Below, piece by piece: positions 1 to 8,479 of a stretch of 64,000 bases of DNA. Source of the stretch: Myxococcales bacterium (GTDB taxonomy: Bacteria > Myxococcota_A > Polyangia > GCA-2747355); assembly GCA_020431405.1 (NCBI GenBank), contig JAGQIK010000677.1, positions 620 to 64,619 of the forward strand, in the 5' to 3' direction. Every line of letters begins with the position of its first letter. The first letter of the stretch is position 1. The notes beneath the pieces are model-generated. The model was not told the DNA's origin and did not search any database. It saw only the letters and a list, made by a program, of their open reading frames with translations. The position numbers and the translations under genes were made by a program.

Positions 1-492
1 TCCGCTGGCGCGCAGCTGCTCGGCGTAGGCGACGTTGGCCGCCAGCGCGTCGCACCAGGTGTCGTAGAGCGCGGTGCAGCCGCACGGCGCGTAGGTGCTC
101 TGGTCGAGGCGCGTGGCGTCGCTCACCGGAAGGTAGCTGTGCACCACCGTCGGCGTGTCGTTGAAGGTCCACAGGGCGCAGAGGATCTCGTCGCGCTGCT
201 TGGAGCCGTCGAAGGCGTCGAGCATCTGGCGCTGCCCGTCGCGCACCGCCTGCTGCAGCGAGCGCCCCGAGATACTCGACGACGCGTCTACCAGCAGCGT
301 CACCAGCGTGACGTCGGCGGCGACGATGTTCTCGGCGGCTACACCGGCGGCGCCCGCGATGACGACCTCGCCGAGGTCGCCGCCGAGCAGCGCCGTGCTG
401 GTCTGTGCGCTGAGCGTGCCGGCGCTGACCGCCGAGGCGAAGAGGTTCGATAGGTCGAGCGAGCTCGTCTTGTTGCTGTTGTTGTTGCTCAT
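1..492 (-). CDS. vWA (von Willebrand factor A) domain protein, TerY-like, N-terminal part; gene continues past the window start
   Basis: Minus-strand ATG at 492..490 (plus-strand 'cat'). Manual translation begins MSNNNSNKTSSLDLSNLFASAVSAGTLSAQTSTALLGGDLGEVV...VTLVTLLVDASSSISGRSLQQAV... and contains a MIDAS-type DxSxS motif (LVDASSSIS) in a hydrophobic beta-strand context typical of vWA domains. There is no stop before coordinate 1. The ORF table omits it because it runs off the edge. Confidence 0.5.
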   Translation of the reverse strand, partial: MSNNNSNKTSSLDLSNLFASAVSAGTLSAQTSTALLGGDLGEVVIAGAAGVAAENIVAADVTLVTLLVDASSSISGRSLQQAVRDGQRQMLDAFDGSKQRDEILCALWTFNDTPTVVHSYLPVSDATRLDQSTYAPCGCTALYDTWCDALAANVAYAEQLRASG

Positions 493-505
493 GGCGAATG
501 TCCTT

Positions 506-1477
506 TCAGATGGTGATCGGATCGCTGGTGCGCACGATGTGCATGCCCGAGCGCTTGAAGTCGGCGAGCGCCTCGGCGGCGATGCGCGGGAAGTCGAGCT
601 CGGCCGGCAGCGGGTCGATAGGCGGCGCCGGCACGGGGCTCATGGCGTCCTCGAGGATGTAGACCTTGTCGGCGAGCTTGGGGTCGTGCGTCTCGATGTG
701 GTCGCGGATGTCGCGCAGCGTCGAGAGCACGCAGTGCGAGCTGGCCTGTCCGAACACGTAGACACGGTCGTACTCCATCAGCATCTGGAAGAACGCCGTG
801 TTGAAGCCGCCGACGACCTGACCGTCGAGCTCGGTGACCTCGGGCGAGAGCACCGAGTAGTTCTCGGTGAGCGCGTGGGTGCCTTTGGTCTCGAAGTGCG
901 TCTGGCGCAGCCGCACCAGCGCGTGAAAGAGCGAGGCCTCCATCAGCGCGGGCACCAGCGCGTGGCTCACGCCGCCGAGCAGCGTGTGATAGGGCCAGAT
1001 CGTCAGCACGTACTTGCCGGTGGACTCGAGCCGCTTGCAGTACTCGAGGCAGGCGCGCGGGTGCGAGACGGGCCGCCAGCGACCCGATGCCACGTCCTCG
1101 TAGCTGATGGCGGTCAGCGGCGCGGGGTGTTTGCCTTCGACGTCGGTCCACCAGGCCGGGTGAAAGATCTGAAACGCGCGGTGCGTGTCGAGCGAGAAGT
1201 GCAGGCCCGTGATCTTGTCGAGGTTGGTGTAGAGCCACTCGATGGCGCGGCGCGTGTCGTCGACGGCGCCAGGCACGAAGAGGCTCGCGCCCGGCGTGCA
1301 AAAGCCGATCTGGCAGTCGATGCCGAAGGCAGCCACGCGGAAGGTGTCGCGCGCGGCGGGCGTGATGTTGTGGCGCAGCCGGTAGTCGAGCGCGACGTCG
1401 GCGACGACATCGGCGCGCTCGAGGTGAAGCTCGGAGACGCGGGCAGGGTCGTAGAAACGTGGGATGGGAAGGCTCAT
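506..1477 (-). CDS. isochorismatase-family cysteine hydrolase
   Basis: 323-aa ORF with the family's N-terminal motif (AAFGIDCQIGFCTPGASLFVPGA resembles LLVIDMQNDFxxPGGxLxVPGA) and the catalytic-cysteine motif YVFGQASSHCVLSTLRDI (GxxxxxCV...D). It sits 15 bp downstream of the kinase gene on the same strand. Confidence 0.6.
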   Translation of the reverse strand: MSLPIPRFYDPARVSELHLERADVVADVALDYRLRHNITPAARDTFRVAAFGIDCQIGFCTPGASLFVPGAVDDTRRAIEWLYTNLDKITGLHFSLDTHRAFQIFHPAWWTDVEGKHPAPLTAISYEDVASGRWRPVSHPRACLEYCKRLESTGKYVLTIWPYHTLLGGVSHALVPALMEASLFHALVRLRQTHFETKGTHALTENYSVLSPEVTELDGQVVGGFNTAFFQMLMEYDRVYVFGQASSHCVLSTLRDIRDHIETHDPKLADKVYILEDAMSPVPAPPIDPLPAELDFPRIAAEALADFKRSGMHIVRTSDPITI

Positions 1478-1492
1478 GATCGTTCTCCTTCC

Positions 1493-3415
1493 TCAGCGCA
1501 TGCTGAGCTGTGTGATGTCCTTGGTGGTCACGACGTAGAGCGAGCCGCCGGGGCCGGCGAGAAGCTCGACGTCGCCCGAGACGTAGGGCGCGGCCTCGTC
1601 GAAGCAGCGCTCGACGACGATCTGGCCGCTGTGGCGATCGACGCGCGCGGCGACGAGCCCGGCGTCGCTGGCCGCGACGATGCGCCCAGCGCGCAGCGCC
1701 TTGCCGCGCACGGTGGCGAGCAGCGGGCTGTCGTCGGGGGCGCCGGCTGCGGCGGCGACGAGGCGGCCGTCGGCGCCGATCACGTAGAGGCTGGTGCGCA
1801 GCGCGCCGGCGCGCTCGGTGGCGATGGCGAGCAGCACGCCGCCGTCGTCGAAGCTGGCGGCGGCGTCGACGATGCGGCTGCCGATCACGTCGCCGGCCGG
1901 CAGCGCCACGTCGACGAGGCCCGGGCGGCCGCAGCGCCAGATGAACGTGCGCCACATCTCGCCGGCGCGATAGAAGCCGACGCCGAGTCGTTCGCCAGCG
2001 GCGATCCAGGTCTGCCCGGCGAGCACCTGGCCGATGCGCTGCTCGCGTCGCAGCGCGTTGGCGTTGCCGGCGGCGCCGGCGCGGCCGGTGGCGACGGACT
2101 CGACGAGATAGCCACCCGCGATGCGGTAGCAGGCGCTGCTGTTGCAGGCGAAGGCGGGCAGCACGCCGAGGGTTGCCGTGCTGGCGCGCGCGGCGGCGCG
2201 CTCGCGCTCGATCGCCACCAGCTCGCTGCCACGGCCAACCCACGTGCTCGCGCCATTGATGGCGAAGCGCAGCCCCGGCGCGAGCTCGCCGCGCATCACC
2301 ACCTCGCCGTTTTCGCGGCGCGCCACGCCGCCCTCGAAGACGATCGTGCGCAGGCTGCCTTGTACGACCGCGTCGAGCAGGCGACCGCGCGTGCGCAGCA
2401 ACGTCAGCGCGGTGAGCCGGCCGACGTGTGTGGGCGCAGCTGGCTGGGCGGCCACGCCGCCGACGGCGACCCAGCGCGAGCAGGCTGGACAGCGCGGCCG
2501 CGCGTGCTCGACGCCGCAGTCGCAGCGGCGCCAGCGCGCCTCGAGCAACGTGGCGGCCGGTGCGGCGCGCTCGGCGCGCTGGAATGTGGCGATGAAGTAG
2601 TCGCGCAGCGCCTCGGGCAGCACGCTCGGATCGGCGGCCGTGCGCGGCGTGCGCACCTGGTCATCGAAGATGCTGGCGGCCGCCTCGGCGCGGCGCAGCA
2701 GCGTCGGCAGCCGCGGGTGCACGCCGCCGTAGGGGTGCACGTAGAGCAGGCAGCTGAAGAGCAGCACGGCGAAGGCGTACCAGTCGCTGGCGGCGTCGAA
2801 GCGCGGCGCGGCGGCGAGGTCGACACCGTAGAGGCGCGGGTCGAGCGTGCGCTCGTGGCCGACGATGCAAGGCAGGTCATCCCACTGCATCGAGTCGGCG
2901 TCGATGATGTGCGCGCGCGGCGCGGCGCCGGCCGCGGCTGGCACCGTGTAGAGCACGTTTTCGGGGTTTAGATCGCCGACGCAGACGCCGCGTGCGTGCA
3001 GCGCCTCGAGCGCGAGATAGAGCTCGCGAAAGAGCGCGAAGAGCTGGTTGTTGTCGATCACGCCCTCGCGCGCGCTGCGGCGGCCAAGGCGGCCGAGGTG
3101 GTCGGCGCCTTCGACGAGCGGCATGGCGTAGCCGCAGACGGCGTCGCGCTTGTCGAGCAGCAGGCCGTCAGCGCACGGGGCGACGACCTGCGCTGGCAGC
3201 GCCCGCGGAAACGCGGCCAGCTTGCGCTGCTTGAGCGCGAGCGCGTCGCGCATCACGCGTGAATAGTGATCGCGCGCGCGCGGCGCCGGCGCGTGGAAGA
3301 CCTTGAGCGCTTCGTCGCCGAGGCGATACACCTCGGCCTCGCCGCCGACGCCGACGCGCATGCTGTCATCGAGGCGCACGCGCGCGCCGCGCAGCTTGAC
3401 GGTCGACGGCGTCAC
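1493..3415 (-). CDS. atypical Ser/Thr protein kinase with C-terminal zinc ribbon and unknown beta-rich domain
   Basis: Gly-loop and Lys (VGVGGEAEVYRL...ALKVFH), a degenerate catalytic loop (HARGVCVGDLNPENVLY in place of HRDLKPEN), a DFG-region analogue (IIDADSM) and a Cys4 cluster (CDCGVEHARPRCPACSRW). The likely GTG start at 3415..3413 overlaps the PP2C stop (GTGA coupling). An alternative ATG lies at 3362..3360. The long ORF 1493..4192 is the same frame extended upstream spuriously. Confidence 0.7.
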   Translation of the reverse strand: MTPSTVKLRGARVRLDDSMRVGVGGEAEVYRLGDEALKVFHAPAPRARDHYSRVMRDALALKQRKLAAFPRALPAQVVAPCADGLLLDKRDAVCGYAMPLVEGADHLGRLGRRSAREGVIDNNQLFALFRELYLALEALHARGVCVGDLNPENVLYTVPAAAGAAPRAHIIDADSMQWDDLPCIVGHERTLDPRLYGVDLAAAPRFDAASDWYAFAVLLFSCLLYVHPYGGVHPRLPTLLRRAEAAASIFDDQVRTPRTAADPSVLPEALRDYFIATFQRAERAAPAATLLEARWRRCDCGVEHARPRCPACSRWVAVGGVAAQPAAPTHVGRLTALTLLRTRGRLLDAVVQGSLRTIVFEGGVARRENGEVVMRGELAPGLRFAINGASTWVGRGSELVAIERERAAARASTATLGVLPAFACNSSACYRIAGGYLVESVATGRAGAAGNANALRREQRIGQVLAGQTWIAAGERLGVGFYRAGEMWRTFIWRCGRPGLVDVALPAGDVIGSRIVDAAASFDDGGVLLAIATERAGALRTSLYVIGADGRLVAAAAGAPDDSPLLATVRGKALRAGRIVAASDAGLVAARVDRHSGQIVVERCFDEAAPYVSGDVELLAGPGGSLYVVTTKDITQLSMR

Positions 3416-4293
3416 GACGCCACCTCGACGTTCCCGATGGCTGCGGCGCCGCGCCGCTGCAGCAGCACACAGGTGGTGTCGTCGGCGAGCGGCACCTCGC
3501 GCGCGACCACGCGCAGGCGCTTCTGCAGCAGGCTCGGGTTGCGTGTCAGCGCCGCGTCGCCGCCGAGCGCCACCAGCGGCGCTGCGTTGCTGCTGTCGAG
3601 CAGCGGGCGGCAGCCGTCGCTGCCGACGGCGAGCGTCTGCAGTGTCGCTGTCGAGCCGCCGCAGATCACACGCAGCGCGCACGAGCGCAGCGGCGGCGCG
3701 CTGAGATCGCGCGCGCGCAGCAGGCGATAGGCGGGGTAGGGCGGCGCCTCGCCGGGGCCGGCGTCGACGATGGTGGCCACGCCGTCGGCGAGCACCACGC
3801 CGTCGCCGGCGCACAGCGCGACCCAGCGATCGCGCGTGATGACCGCGGCGGTGATGCTGAACAGAAGCTGCGAGCCGACGGTCTCGACGAAGCCATCGCG
3901 ACCGCCGCACAGCAGCGCGAGCTCGCCGAGAAAGCGCGTCAGACGCGAGTCGAGCACCGCGGCGAGGCTCGAGAGCGGCGTGCCGTGGTCGAGCAGCTGC
4001 GCCGCCTGGCGCGCCAGCCAGCGCGCCCCGATACGGGCGCCGATCTCGCTCAGCGCACCGGACGAGCAGCCGTCGGTGACGATGGCGATCAGATAGTCGT
4101 CGCTGCGCGCGATGGCCCAGCCGTCCTGGTTGTTGCGGTCGACGCGGCTGTGCGCGCGGCCGATCAGCGAGGCTGCGCTGGCGGCGAAACACTGCGGCGC
4201 CGGCGCGGCGCTCGGGCGGGCGACGGGTTTTGCGATGGATGTCGCGAGCATGGACGGCCTCCTCAGTGTCGTCGTGACTCTATTAATGGTCAC
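3412..4293 (-). CDS. PP2C-family (SpoIIE-like) Ser/Thr phosphatase, partly degenerate metal site
   Basis: PP2C-like motif order: IAIVTDGCSSGALSE (DGxGG-like), LCAGDGVVL (GDSR-like), DDTTCVLLQ (DNxT-like C-terminal motif). The more likely start is the second Met (MLATSIA, ATG about 4251). The stop overlaps the kinase start. Confidence 0.55.
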   Translation of the reverse strand: MTINRVTTTLRRPSMLATSIAKPVARPSAAPAPQCFAASAASLIGRAHSRVDRNNQDGWAIARSDDYLIAIVTDGCSSGALSEIGARIGARWLARQAAQLLDHGTPLSSLAAVLDSRLTRFLGELALLCGGRDGFVETVGSQLLFSITAAVITRDRWVALCAGDGVVLADGVATIVDAGPGEAPPYPAYRLLRARDLSAPPLRSCALRVICGGSTATLQTLAVGSDGCRPLLDSSNAAPLVALGGDAALTRNPSLLQKRLRVVAREVPLADDTTCVLLQRRGAAAIGNVEVAS

Positions 4294-4385
4294 AACGACA
4301 ATAATAGCTCGCGCGGCGGTGATATCAAGGGGCCGAGCCGCCGATTCTCTGGTCGCAGACGAGCGCGTGTATAACTTCAGAGCCG
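4294..4385. promoter_or_regulatory. AT-rich divergent promoter island between the TerY-P-like operon and the CPBP gene
   Basis: Sequence gactctattaatggtcacaacgacaataatagctcg is locally far more AT-rich than the ~70% GC background and contains an imperfect inverted repeat (TATTAAT...ATAATA). Confidence 0.4.
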
Positions 4386-5171
4386 ATGTCGGACGACGAG
4401 CGACCCACCACCGACGAGCAGCCAGCGCCGCCCTTCGACCGGCGGCGCGAGCTGCGCCACACGCTGCTTCACTGGCTCGGCGCCACCGCGGCGTGCGCGC
4501 TGCTGTGGCAGCTGCGCCGCGTGGTGCCCTTTGTCGCGTCCAACCTGCACGCGCTGATCGCCGCGGTCTTTCTCTACCTGCCGACCTGGCTGGTCTCTCG
4601 CCGCCGCGAGCGCTTCGAGGACTACGCGCTGACCCATCGCCCGCTGCTGCGCGGGCTCGTCACCTTCGCGGTGATCTCGGCGATCGTCTTTCCGCTCTTC
4701 GCGGTGGCGATGTGGTTTTACTACCGCATCGTCTGCGGCTGGGTCAGCGCCGGCGTCGCCATGCCGGGCGTCTACCGGCGCATGTGCCGCCGCTTCGCCG
4801 GCACGCTCTCGCGGGCGCGGCTACGGCTGCCCAAGCGCTTCCCGCGGCTGGCTCTGGCGCAGCTGGTCGTGGTGGCGCTGCCCGAGGAGTACTTCTTTCG
4901 CGGCTACGTGCAGACGCGCCTGTCACGGGTCTATCCGGCCAAACGCCGCCTCTTCGGCGCCCCCTTCGGCTGGGCGATCATCTTCACCTCGATCCTCTTC
5001 GCCTTCGGCCACGTGCTGGTCGACTTCAACCCGCTGCGCTTCGCCGTGTTCTTCCCATCGCTGGCGTTCGGCTGGCTGCGCGCGTCCAGCGGCTCGATCC
5101 TCGCCGGCGTGCTGTTTCACGCCTGCTGCAACCTCGTCAGCGAGGTGCTGCACGCGATGGTCTTTGTGTAG
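4386..5171 (+). CDS. CPBP-family intramembrane metalloprotease (CAAX protease/Abi-like)
   Basis: All three CPBP motifs are present: EExxxR (PEEYFFRGY), FxxxH (FAFGHVL), HxxxN (HACCNLV). Multiple hydrophobic transmembrane segments. Confidence 0.8.
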   Translation: MSDDERPTTDEQPAPPFDRRRELRHTLLHWLGATAACALLWQLRRVVPFVASNLHALIAAVFLYLPTWLVSRRRERFEDYALTHRPLLRGLVTFAVISAIVFPLFAVAMWFYYRIVCGWVSAGVAMPGVYRRMCRRFAGTLSRARLRLPKRFPRLALAQLVVVALPEEYFFRGYVQTRLSRVYPAKRRLFGAPFGWAIIFTSILFAFGHVLVDFNPLRFAVFFPSLAFGWLRASSGSILAGVLFHACCNLVSEVLHAMVFV

Positions 5172-5185
5172 TAAACCCCTCGGCC

Positions 5186-6076
5186 ATGCATGCTCCGCTG
5201 GGCTGGACGCCCGCCATCGGTCAGCTCATCGATCTGGCCCTCGAAGAAGACCTCGGCCGCGGCGACATCACGACGCAGGTGGCCGGCAGCGAAGAGGACG
5301 CCATCGGCACCATCGTCGCGCGCCAGCGGTTGGTCTGCTGCGGGCTGCCGGTGGCCGATTGGGTCGCCGAGCGCGCCGAGCCCGAGCTCTCGCACGAGGG
5401 CCACGCCGAGGACGGCGACTGGCTCGAGGCCGGCGCGGTGCTGGCGCGCTTCGCGGGCCGCGCGAGCAGCATCCTGCGCGTGGAGCGCGTGGTGCTCAAC
5501 TTCCTGATGCGCATGTGCGGCGTCGCGACGATCACCGCGCTCTACGTCGACGCGGTGGCGGGAACGCGCGCGCGCATCGTCGACACGCGCAAGACGCTGC
5601 CTGGCTGGCGCGCGCTCGACAAGTACGCCGTGCGCGTAGGCGGCGGCCACAACCACCGCTTCGATCTCGGCTCCGGCGTGCTGATCAAAGACAACCACAT
5701 CGTCGCCTGCGGCTCGGTAGGCGCGGCCGTGCGCCGCGCGCGCGAGCAAGCGCCGCACCCGATGCGCATCGAGGTCGAGGTCGAGAGCCTGCCGGCGCTC
5801 GAGGAGGCGCTCGGTGCTGGCGCCGACGTGCTGCTGCTCGACAACATGACACCCGAGCAGGTCGGCGACGCGGCGCGGCTTTGCGACGGGCGCGCGATGA
5901 TCGAGGTTTCGGGCGGCATCGCCCTCGACAACGTCGCCGAGTACGCCGAGGCGCTCGAAGCGGCGCTGCCCGAGAGCGCTGCGGCGCCGCTGATCTCCAT
6001 CGGCGCGCTGACCCACTCGGTGCTCGGCGCTGACATCTCGCTCGACCTCTCGCGCGCCTCGGTGCAGGTCGCATGA
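5186..6076 (+). CDS. nadC: nicotinate-nucleotide pyrophosphorylase (carboxylating), quinolinate phosphoribosyltransferase
   Basis: [30 protein letters not shown]...[40 protein letters not shown]...LLLDNM is typical NadC. ATG at 5186. The long ORF 4112..6076 is the same frame extended upstream. Confidence 0.85.
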   Translation: MHAPLGWTPAIGQLIDLALEEDLGRGDITTQVAGSEEDAIGTIVARQRLVCCGLPVADWVAERAEPELSHEGHAEDGDWLEAGAVLARFAGRASSILRVERVVLNFLMRMCGVATITALYVDAVAGTRARIVDTRKTLPGWRALDKYAVRVGGGHNHRFDLGSGVLIKDNHIVACGSVGAAVRRAREQAPHPMRIEVEVESLPALEEALGAGADVLLLDNMTPEQVGDAARLCDGRAMIEVSGGIALDNVAEYAEALEAALPESAAAPLISIGALTHSVLGADISLDLSRASVQVA

Positions 6077-6867
6077 GCGCCAGCACCCTCGCACCGGAAG
6101 CCTTCGCGGCGCGGCTCTCCAGCCGCACGAGCTGGCTCGCTCATGCCCACGAGCACCTCGCCTCCGTCGCGTCGACCAACGACGAGGCGGCGCGCCTCGC
6201 CGCGGGCGGCGCCGCGCACGGCACGCTGATCACCGCCGACGAACAGACGGCCGGCCGCGGCCGCCAGGGGCACGTCTGGTTCGCGCCGGCCGGCCAGAAC
6301 CTGACCTTCTCGTTGGTGCTACGTCCCGACATCGCGCCCAGCGCGGCGCCCGCCATCGCGCTCGCCGTCGGGCTCGGCATCGCCGAAGGGCTCGAGGCCC
6401 AGCTCGCGCCGGCGGGCAAGTCCGCCGCCGTCAAGTGGCCCAACGACGTGCGCGTCGCGCGACGCAAGATCGCGGGCGTGTTGACCGAGCTCAAAGCCGA
6501 CACGCGGCGTATCGAGCACGTCATCGTTGGCGTGGGCCTCAACGTCAACACGCGCGCCTTCCCCGACGACCTCGCGGCCCCCGCCACGTCGCTGGCCCTC
6601 GAGCTCGGCGCCGATCGCGAGCCGGCCGACGTGCTGGCGGACGTGCTGCCGCCGCTCGAGCGCTGGATCGATCGCTTCATCGACGAGGGCGCCGCGCCGG
6701 TGGTCGAAGCCTTCGTCGCGCGCGGCGACTTCCTCGGACACCCCGTGCGCATCGGAGCGCTGCACGGCGAGGCGCTGGGGCTCGACGCGGACGGCGCGCT
6801 GCGGCTGCGCCTCGACAGCGGCGAGGAGCGCCGCGTGCTCGCCGGCGACCTGCACGACCACGAATAG
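6073..6867 (+). CDS. birA: biotin--[acetyl-CoA-carboxylase] ligase (group I, no HTH)
   Basis: GRGRQGHVW (biotin-binding GRGRxGxxW) and KWPNDV motifs. The start ATG overlaps the nadC stop (ATGA). Confidence 0.85.
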   Translation: MSASTLAPEAFAARLSSRTSWLAHAHEHLASVASTNDEAARLAAGGAAHGTLITADEQTAGRGRQGHVWFAPAGQNLTFSLVLRPDIAPSAAPAIALAVGLGIAEGLEAQLAPAGKSAAVKWPNDVRVARRKIAGVLTELKADTRRIEHVIVGVGLNVNTRAFPDDLAAPATSLALELGADREPADVLADVLPPLERWIDRFIDEGAAPVVEAFVARGDFLGHPVRIGALHGEALGLDADGALRLRLDSGEERRVLAGDLHDHE

Positions 6868-6885
6868 ACGTGCTAGTAGACTGCA

Positions 6886-7152
6886 GTGGAACTTAAACAC
6901 GAGCTGAAGACGCTGATCATCGAGACGCTCGAGCTCGAGGGGACGACGCCGGACGAGATCGTCGACAGCGCGCCGATCTTCGTCGAAGGGCTGGGGCTCG
7001 ACTCCATCGACGTGCTCGAGCTGACGGTGGTGGTCGAGAAGCGCTACGGCGTCTCGATCCCCGACGAGGCCACGGGCCGGCGCGTGTTCGCGTCTATCGA
7101 CGCGCTGGCGGCGTTTGTCAGGCAGAGCAACAGCAGCAGCGATGCCGCGTAG
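6886..7152 (+). CDS. acyl carrier protein
   Basis: 88 aa, acidic, with phosphopantetheine attachment motif LGLDSIDVLEL. GTG start at 6886. Confidence 0.75.
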   Translation: MELKHELKTLIIETLELEGTTPDEIVDSAPIFVEGLGLDSIDVLELTVVVEKRYGVSIPDEATGRRVFASIDALAAFVRQSNSSSDAA

Positions 7153-7735
7153 CGCGGTCGCGCTCGCGCTGCCGCTGCTCTGCGCCAGCGCGAGCGCCCA
7201 CGCGTCACCGGCCAGCGAGCTGCTCGCCGCCGCAGCCGCACGGCACGAGCAGACGCGCGAGCTGCGCGGCACCTTCGAGCAGATCAAGCGCGTCGCGCTC
7301 TTTCGCAGCGCGGTCAGGTCCAGCGGCCGCTTCGTCGTCAAACGCGCCGCCGGCAAGCTCGAGCTGCGCTGGATCACGGACAAACCATCGCCCAGCGAGC
7401 TGCGCTTCGACGGCAAGCACGTCGAGCTGCGCGCCCCCGGCGCCACAACGCGCAGGGTCGACATCGCTCGCGCCCCGCGTTTCGGCGCGCTCGTGCAAGA
7501 CCTCGTCGCCTTTCTCGGCGCCGGCGGCGCCAAGACGCTTGGCAACCGCTACACCGTCAGCGGCGATCCAAAAACACGCCGCATCGAGCTCGTCCCACGC
7601 GACGCTTCGCTGAAGAAGCGCATCGAGCGCGTCACTCTGACGCTCGAGGCAAACCTCGCGACGCGCGCGTTGAAGATCGACGAGCGCTCGGGCGACAGCA
7701 CGCACATCACGCTGCACGTCAGCAGCCGCCGCTGA
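7142..7735 (+). CDS. LolA-like outer-membrane lipoprotein carrier/sorting family protein (secreted)
   Basis: Signal peptide MPRSAVALALPLLCASASAHA. The rest is consistent with the LolA/LppX beta-barrel family (ELRGTFEQIKRVALFRS...GKLELRWITDKP). The start overlaps the ACP stop (ATGCCGCGTAG). Confidence 0.5.
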   Translation: MPRSAVALALPLLCASASAHASPASELLAAAAARHEQTRELRGTFEQIKRVALFRSAVRSSGRFVVKRAAGKLELRWITDKPSPSELRFDGKHVELRAPGATTRRVDIARAPRFGALVQDLVAFLGAGGAKTLGNRYTVSGDPKTRRIELVPRDASLKKRIERVTLTLEANLATRALKIDERSGDSTHITLHVSSRR

Positions 7736-7786
7736 ACGCGGCGAATCGTACAAAGCGTTGGCAGGTCGCCCGCGAAGCTGGCCCTC

Positions 7787-8395
7787 TCACGCGCGAGCGG
7801 CTGAAAGGAGCATCGCAGCGCTCGCACGCGCGAAGGCACGTAGGGCGCGCCGGCTGCTGCCGCTGCGCGCTCTGAGCGAGATGCTGTGCACCGCGGCGCT
7901 GCTCAGCCGCGCCAGCGTCAGCACGTCGCAGTGCGCCGGCAGCTCGCCTGCGCTTACCGCGCGTTCGAAGCGCCGGCGTAGCCGCTCGTCGAGCGCGTCG
8001 ACCACCTTGGCCACCGCGGCGCGTGTCGTCGGGTGCTCGACAGCCTCGAGCGCCGCCACGCTGAAGACGAAGCAGCCGCGCGCCGGCTCGTCACCCGGGG
8101 CGTAGACGTCGACCACCCCCACGAGCAGCTCGGCGAGCGCCGTGTCGAGGGGGTCCTGCTCGAGCACGGCGCCGAGGGTCTGCGACATGCGCTGCTGAAA
8201 GCGTCCGAGGGCCTGGGCGAAGAGCTCGCTCTTGTCACCGAAGGCGGCGTAGAGGCTCGGGCGCTGCATGCCCGTGGCCTCGCTGAGCGCGTCGAGCGTT
8301 GTCGCGGCATAGCCGCGTGTCCAGAACAGCGTCAGCGCGGCGTCGAGGGCGATCTCGGGGTCGTACTTGCGCGGGCGTCCTCTCTTGCGCTCCAT
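7787..8395 (-). CDS. TetR/AcrR family transcriptional regulator
   Basis: N-terminal HTH GRPRKYDPEIALDAALTLFWTRGYAATTLDALSEATGMQRPSLYAAFGDK is typical TetR. Likely start at MERKRG (ATG about 8395). The ORF extends to 8431. Confidence 0.8.
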   Translation of the reverse strand: MERKRGRPRKYDPEIALDAALTLFWTRGYAATTLDALSEATGMQRPSLYAAFGDKSELFAQALGRFQQRMSQTLGAVLEQDPLDTALAELLVGVVDVYAPGDEPARGCFVFSVAALEAVEHPTTRAAVAKVVDALDERLRRRFERAVSAGELPAHCDVLTLARLSSAAVHSISLRARSGSSRRALRAFARASAAMLLSAARA

Positions 8396-8404
8396 GGCGA
8401 TTAT

Positions 8405-8420
8405 TTTACTGACTTGTAAA
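8405..8420. promoter_or_regulatory. candidate TetR operator (inverted repeat TTTAC-N6-GTAAA) in an AT-rich divergent intergenic region
   Basis: tttactgacttgtaaa lies within ttattttactgacttgtaaataaatcggcaatgcactattttgtac, which is strikingly AT-rich for this genome. Confidence 0.4.
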
Positions 8421-8479
8421 TAAATCGGCAATGCACTATTTTGTACTGGATCGAATAAAACATCTCGACCGAGGGCTCC

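Noticed and set aside
489-2243. 584-aa minus-strand Arg-rich ORF (MGWPWQRAGGDRARARRR...)
   Set aside because: Extreme Arg/Pro bias and no domains. It is an alternative frame of the real minus-strand genes.
155-2971. 938-aa plus-strand ORF overlapping the hydrolase and kinase genes
   Set aside because: The Ala/Arg/Gly/Val-dominated, motif-free translation is typical of an antisense frame in 70% GC DNA. The opposite strand carries clear kinase and isochorismatase motifs.
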